This document shows positions 59,053 to 64,000 of a stretch of 64,000 bases of DNA, one piece after another. Each line of letters opens with the position of its first letter. The first letter of the stretch is position 1. A program made the position numbers and the translations under genes. The notes under the pieces were generated by a model. The model had not been told where the DNA came from, ran no database searches, and saw only the letters and a list, made by a program, of their open reading frames with translations. The DNA comes from Gloeobacterales cyanobacterium (GTDB taxonomy: Bacteria > Cyanobacteriota > Cyanobacteriia > Gloeobacterales > PMM-0068): positions 96,001 to 160,000 of the forward strand of contig JBBRSB010000002.1 of assembly GCA_038245785.1 (NCBI GenBank), given 5' to 3'.

Positions 59053-59229
59053 TCTGTTTCCAGCTTACCCATCCCAAGCTACGTAAATAACCGGAGAACT
59101 TAGAGTTTAGATGAAGGTTCCATGAAGCGTTATATCGGTAAGCTCAGGCATACTAGCCTGTGTTTATGCAAATCAAGAGAGAGGTCCTATACCTATAATA
59201 AGGTCTGTCTTTTTCATTGGGTCGCTCCC

Positions 59230-61497
59230 TTGGTCCTTGCTAGCCCTTCCCCTTTTACCGTCGAACAGCTACAAGCTCACCGCCTTACTCCCAGCGAGTA
59301 TGAGCAGATTGTGGGGCTTTTAGGTCGTCATCCCAATCTCAATGAGTTGGGAATGTTCAGCGTGATGTGGTCAGAACATTGTTGCTACAAAAATTCCAAA
59401 CCCTTGCTCAGGAACTTTCCGACCACAGGCTCCAGAATTTTGGTCGGACCGGGAGAAAACGCAGGCGTTGTGGACTTTGGGGATGGCCTCAGAGTTGCCT
59501 TTAAAATTGAGTCCCACAATCATCCTTCTGCCGTAGAACCCTATCAGGGAGCGGCTACTGGAGTGGGCGGCATCCTTAGAGATATTTTCACCATGGGCGC
59601 ACGACCGATTGCTTCTCTAAATGCACTACGGTTTGGTCCTCTTGATAACCCCCGCAATCGCCACATCTTCTCCGGTGTGGTTGCAGGTATTAGCGGCTAT
59701 GGCAACTCCGTAGGCGTGCCTACGATTGGCGGAGAAATCTACTTTGACGAAACCTATAGCGGCAATCCGCTGGTCAATGCGATGGCTATTGGTTTAATGG
59801 AAACTGAAGATATTGTCATATCCGGTGCGCAGGGAGAAGGCAATCCTGTCCTCTATGTCGGTTCGACCACAGGCCGGGATGGTATGGGGGGAGCCAGTTT
59901 TGCCAGTGCAGAACTGACAGATAAGTCAGAAAAAGACCGTCCCGCCGTCCAAGTAGGCGATCCTTTCTTAGAGAAATTACTGATTGAAGCCTGTTTAGAA
60001 GCCTTCAAGACAGGAGCGGTTGTGGCAGCTCAAGACATGGGCGCGGCTGGATTAACCTGCTCTACCGCCGAGATGGCCTCTAAAGGGGGCGTCGGTATTG
60101 AATTAGACCTGGATTTAGTCCCAGTCCGGGAACGAGGCATGAGCCCCTATGAATTCTTACTCTCTGAGTCTCAAGAACGGATGCTCTTTGTGGCCCACAA
60201 AGGTCGAGAACAAGAACTGATTGACATCTTCCAACGCTGGGGTCTGCAAGCGGTTGTCGCCGGTCGGGTGATCGCAGAATCAATCGTGCGGATCTTGCAT
60301 CAAGGTTCCGTTGTAGTGGAAATTCCTGCCACCTCGCTCACCGAAGAAGCCCCGGTTTATCCCCGTGACGTCCTCGCTGAACCACCGGCCTACGCCCAAG
60401 AAGCCTGGGCTTGGGATGTGAAAACATTGGCACAGCCCACAGATTGGGCCGAAGTCCTGCTCAAACTCCTCGATAGTCCAACGATTGCTTCCAAAAAGTG
60501 GGTCTATCGCCAGTACGACTCTTTGATTCAAGGTAATTCTCTAGTCTCCCCTGGAGCAGGAGATGCCGCTGTGATTAGACTACAAACGCCGACGGGAATT
60601 ACCAGAGGATTGGCGGCCACGGTAGATTGCAACAGTCGCTATGTTTACTTGGACCCCTATGAGGGAGGAAAAGCGGCGGTAGCAGAAGCGGCTAGGAACT
60701 TGAGCTGCGTCGGTGCGGAACCTCTGGCCGTTACCGACAACCTAAATTTTGGTAGCCCTGAAAAACCAGAGGTCTACTGGCAAATGGCTGAAGCCTGTAG
60801 GGGAATTAGTGAAGCCTGCAGCGCATTGGGCACTCCTGTTACTGGAGGCAATGTCTCTCTTTATAACGAAACCCAAGGCCAACCGATCTATCCCACCCCC
60901 GTCATTGGCATGGTGGGCATCCTCGATGACTTAGAAAAACACTGCACCCTTGGATTTAAAAAAGCTGGGGATTTAGTCTATCTCTTAGGTCAGGGAGGTG
61001 GAACCTTGGGCGCTTCAGAATATCTAAAAGTTATCCATTGCATGGCTACAGGTAGACCACCTCAGATAGACCTAGAGCAAGAACAAAAAGTGCAGTCCAC
61101 CTGCCGCACGGGGATCACACAGGGTTGGATTCGCTCGGCCCATGATATCTCCGAAGGAGGACTGCTCGTTGCCTTGGCTGAATCCGCGATAGTCGGGGAT
61201 TTGGGTGTGCGGGTCGATGTGAGCGGCTATGCCCCGAATCTGCGTTGGGATGAGCGACTTTTTGGAGAGGCCGGAGCGCAGATTGTCGTAACGGTCCGTC
61301 CTGAAGACCAAGAACTTTGGGAAACCTTTTTAAGGGAAAAACTAGGAACAGATTGGCATTATCTGGGCATCATATCCGCTAAGGAGCGAGGTTTTTGCGT
61401 AGTGGACCAAGAAGAATCCGTAATAAGCGTTACGATTGAGATGCTGAAGCAAAGTTGGACAATGTCCATTCCACAGCGCATGGCTCACCTCGATTAG
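59230..61497 (+). CDS. purL: Phosphoribosylformylglycinamidine synthase subunit PurL
   Basis: [40 protein letters not shown]; start approximate (TTG 59230). Confidence 0.96.
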   Translation: MVLASPSPFTVEQLQAHRLTPSEYEQIVGLLGRHPNLNELGMFSVMWSEHCCYKNSKPLLRNFPTTGSRILVGPGENAGVVDFGDGLRVAFKIESHNHPSAVEPYQGAATGVGGILRDIFTMGARPIASLNALRFGPLDNPRNRHIFSGVVAGISGYGNSVGVPTIGGEIYFDETYSGNPLVNAMAIGLMETEDIVISGAQGEGNPVLYVGSTTGRDGMGGASFASAELTDKSEKDRPAVQVGDPFLEKLLIEACLEAFKTGAVVAAQDMGAAGLTCSTAEMASKGGVGIELDLDLVPVRERGMSPYEFLLSESQERMLFVAHKGREQELIDIFQRWGLQAVVAGRVIAESIVRILHQGSVVVEIPATSLTEEAPVYPRDVLAEPPAYAQEAWAWDVKTLAQPTDWAEVLLKLLDSPTIASKKWVYRQYDSLIQGNSLVSPGAGDAAVIRLQTPTGITRGLAATVDCNSRYVYLDPYEGGKAAVAEAARNLSCVGAEPLAVTDNLNFGSPEKPEVYWQMAEACRGISEACSALGTPVTGGNVSLYNETQGQPIYPTPVIGMVGILDDLEKHCTLGFKKAGDLVYLLGQGGGTLGASEYLKVIHCMATGRPPQIDLEQEQKVQSTCRTGITQGWIRSAHDISEGGLLVALAESAIVGDLGVRVDVSGYAPNLRWDERLFGEAGAQIVVTVRPEDQELWETFLREKLGTDWHYLGIISAKERGFCVVDQEESVISVTIEMLKQSWTMSIPQRMAHLD

Positions 61498-61586
61498 TCC
61501 TAAGATTAGGAGGCAAGATTTAATCTTCTCTTTACCCTTCTCTTAGTCGTCCTTCACCGTCTATTCCATACGAGGCTGAACCTACT

Positions 61587-63047
61587 ATGACAGAGTGTCT
61601 AGACCCTCTTGATCCCGCTGGTTCTATAGAAAGACCAGATAAACCGGAAGAAGCATGTGGGGTTTTTGGTATCTATGCGCCTGGAGTAGACGTTGCCAAA
61701 CTCACTTATTTTGGCATTTACGCCCTCCAACATCGGGGACAAGAGTCAGCAGGCATTGCCGTCCTGAATGGGGATGACCTCAAAATTCATAAGGATATGG
61801 GCCTGGTCTCCCAAGTGTTTGATGAAGGAATTCTGGGTTTCTTATCCGGTTCCGTCGCTGTGGGCCATACGCGCTATTCCACCACAGGCTCTTCCAAAAT
61901 TGCTAATGCCCAGCCCGTTGTTTCCAAAACCCGTCTTGGCCCCATAGTCCTGGCCCACAATGGAAATTTAGTAAATGCTGACTATTTAAGGGCAGAGCTT
62001 TTGGTTCGTCACCACACCCTCAAATCCACCACTGATTCCGAAGGGATTGTCCATGCGATTGGAGAAGCGGTAGATGATGGTATGGACTGGGTGGATGGAA
62101 CGATTCATGCCCTAAAGCGTTGTCAGGGGGCCTTTTCTCTGGTGATGGGCATGCCCAATGGCTTGATGGGTGCCCGCGACGCCAATGGCATTCGCCCGCT
62201 GGTCTTAGGAATGCTGGATGGGCGCTATGTCCTCGCTTCTGAAACCTGTGCCCTCGATAATATTGGAGCGGATTATCTCCGAGATGTGCAACCAGGAGAA
62301 CTGGTTGTGGTTCGAGAAGACGGCTTAAAAAGCTATATTTGGGCAGAAAAACCGGAACGAAAGCTTTGCATCTTTGAAATGATCTATTTTGCGCGTCCAG
62401 ACTCCGTGATGAATGCGGAGAGTCTCTATCGCTATCGGACCCGGTTGGGAGAAGTTTTGGCCCAGGAAGCTCCTGCCGATGTCGATATCGTGATTGGGGT
62501 GCCTGATTCTGGAACTCCTGCTGCCATTGGTTTTGCAAAAGCCTTGGGCGTTCCTTTCACGGAAGGACTCATCAAAAACCGTTATGTAGGCCGTACTTTT
62601 ATTCAACCGACCCAGCAGATGCGCGAAGCAGGGATTCGGATGAAGCTCAATCCCTTGAAAGATGTGCTCGAAGGCCAACGGGTAGCGATTATTGATGACT
62701 CTATCGTTCGGGGAACGACGAGTCGCAAAATCATCCAAGCGCTTCGAGATGCAGGCGCAAAAGAAGTCCATATGCGCATTTCTTCTCCTCCGGTCACCCA
62801 TCCCTGTTTCTATGGCATTGATACCGACACCCAAGACCAACTGATTGCCGCCAAGAAGACTCCTCAAGAAATCGCCGAGCACATCGGAGTAGACTCCCTC
62901 CACTATCTTAGCCATGCAGGGATGCTTCGAGCGACCCAGACTGATGAGCTTAGCTACTGCAGTGCCTGTTTCACGGGCGAATATCCGATCTCAATACCCG
63001 ATGGCATGAAAAACTCCAAGCTCATGCTGGAACAACCTGTTTCATGA
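61587..63047 (+). CDS. purF: Amidophosphoribosyltransferase
   Basis: EACGVFG, LQHRGQES, HNGN, IIDDSIVRGTTS, CSACF. Confidence 0.97.
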   Translation: MTECLDPLDPAGSIERPDKPEEACGVFGIYAPGVDVAKLTYFGIYALQHRGQESAGIAVLNGDDLKIHKDMGLVSQVFDEGILGFLSGSVAVGHTRYSTTGSSKIANAQPVVSKTRLGPIVLAHNGNLVNADYLRAELLVRHHTLKSTTDSEGIVHAIGEAVDDGMDWVDGTIHALKRCQGAFSLVMGMPNGLMGARDANGIRPLVLGMLDGRYVLASETCALDNIGADYLRDVQPGELVVVREDGLKSYIWAEKPERKLCIFEMIYFARPDSVMNAESLYRYRTRLGEVLAQEAPADVDIVIGVPDSGTPAAIGFAKALGVPFTEGLIKNRYVGRTFIQPTQQMREAGIRMKLNPLKDVLEGQRVAIIDDSIVRGTTSRKIIQALRDAGAKEVHMRISSPPVTHPCFYGIDTDTQDQLIAAKKTPQEIAEHIGVDSLHYLSHAGMLRATQTDELSYCSACFTGEYPISIPDGMKNSKLMLEQPVS

Positions 63048-63123
63048 GTTATTGTTAACAATACTTGTAGAAATAGCTTTGGGTTTCCTACAATAAGGGA
63101 ATCTACTCCCTCCAGAGCATAAT

Positions 63124-63315
63124 ATGACAAACAATGAGATTGTAAATTTTGTAATTGGCTCTGTTTCAGGTACAAGAATCTCGCACACAGATGTTAGCGT
63201 AGACAGAAAAAATAGCAGAATAATAGTAACGAAGCAATTAAATGATTCCCAAAAAACTTATATTAGCAATGGTCTAGAGTCCAAGCTGGGATTAGGCGCT
63301 TGGAAAGTTTTCTAA
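63124..63315 (+). CDS. Small AT-rich hypothetical protein
   Basis: 63-aa ATG ORF between purF and a palindromic element. Confidence 0.35.
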   Translation: MTNNEIVNFVIGSVSGTRISHTDVSVDRKNSRIIVTKQLNDSQKTYISNGLESKLGLGAWKVF

Positions 63316-63380
63316 CCCCTCAGTCCCTTCGGGAAGGCTTCGCCTATGGTGGGGAGCTGTCCCGAAGGGACTGAGGGGTT
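63314..63380. repeat. 21-bp perfect inverted repeat overlapping the cccttcgggaaggcttcgccta unit
   Basis: aacccctcagtcccttcggga / tcccgaagggactgaggggtt. Confidence 0.8.
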
Positions 63381-63440
63381 TGGGGACGCAGGGGGGGTTG
63401 CTGCCCAGGAATTGATATGCATAGACAGAAAGCAGTCAGC

Positions 63441-64000
63441 CTACTTCTTCATTTTGTCTCGGTTGTGTAGGTCATTAAAGTCAATCAAAGGACCTTTGGG
63501 TACAATGCCCGTAGGGTTTATGTTTTCGTGGCTTTTGTAGTAATGCTGCTTGATATGGTCAATATTGCAGGTTCCTTTGATACCGGGTTGCTGATAGAGG
63601 TCCTTGAGATAGTTCCAAAGGTTGGGATAATCAATAATCCGTTTTAGATTGCATTTGAAGTGACTATAGTAGACCAGATCAAAGCGCAAGAGGGTGGTGA
63701 ACATACACCAGTCTGCCTCTGTAATTTTATTGCCACAGAGATAACGCTGCTCACTGAGTGCTGCCTCCCAATAATCAAGGGCTTTGAATAGTTCTGTGAC
63801 TGATTCCTCATAGGCTTTTTGGGTCGTAGCAAATCCTGCTCGATAGACTCCATTGTTAATTGGTTTATAGATCAGACTAATCGTCGGTTCAATCACGTCT
63901 TGGAGCTGCTTGGGGAAACAATTAACGCTAGACTTCGCTATCGCGTTAAATTCCGTATCGAACATGCGCATGATTTCGCGGGATTCATTATTTACAATCG
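63441..64000 (-). CDS. Glutathionyl-hydroquinone reductase (YqjG/Xi-class GST), 3' part
   Basis: IVNNESREIMRMFD, INNGVYRAGFA, TLLRFD.VY..HFKCN, INPTGIVPKGP; continues beyond the window. Confidence 0.92.
   Translation of the reverse strand, partial: IVNNESREIMRMFDTEFNAIAKSSVNCFPKQLQDVIEPTISLIYKPINNGVYRAGFATTQKAYEESVTELFKALDYWEAALSEQRYLCGNKITEADWCMFTTLLRFDLVYYSHFKCNLKRIIDYPNLWNYLKDLYQQPGIKGTCNIDHIKQHYYKSHENINPTGIVPKGPLIDFNDLHNRDKMKK

Overview
Cyanobacterial chromosomal segment (petF, ycf35, DICT-GAF kinase, CYP38-like cyclophilins). HIP1 octamers appear rare by eye, which hints at an early-branching lineage. The housekeeping backbone is gpmI (partial), murF, tadA, truB, tRNA-Leu(CAG), tolC, purL and purF. 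Five things stand out. (1) A guanidine-I riboswitch controls cgdA-cgdB-guanidine carboxylase with a divergent birA. The cluster lacks the amidase domain of allophanate hydrolase and instead continues with a stand-alone allophanate-hydrolase C-terminal-like domain, ureC and ureE; a frmA-fghA-PhyH dioxygenase operon lies next to it. (2) A Mn-type ABC ATPase/permease pair with a ManR-like box has no binding-protein gene. It is translationally coupled to one CYP38/TLP40-like cyclophilin and divergent from a second, probably PPIase-dead, paralog. (3) Three islands of intact, truncated and chimeric toxin-antitoxin genes include a GNAT-DUF1902 fusion before hicA, a PIN-like gene with a stop at codon 2, and a wHTH protein with a RHIM-like motif. 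(4) A family of C/G-rich palindromic repeats carries nested 21-24 nt inserts, one of which supplies the carboxylase stop codon. (5) An operon encodes two double-YbjQ proteins. All family assignments come from motif recognition by eye; no searches were run.
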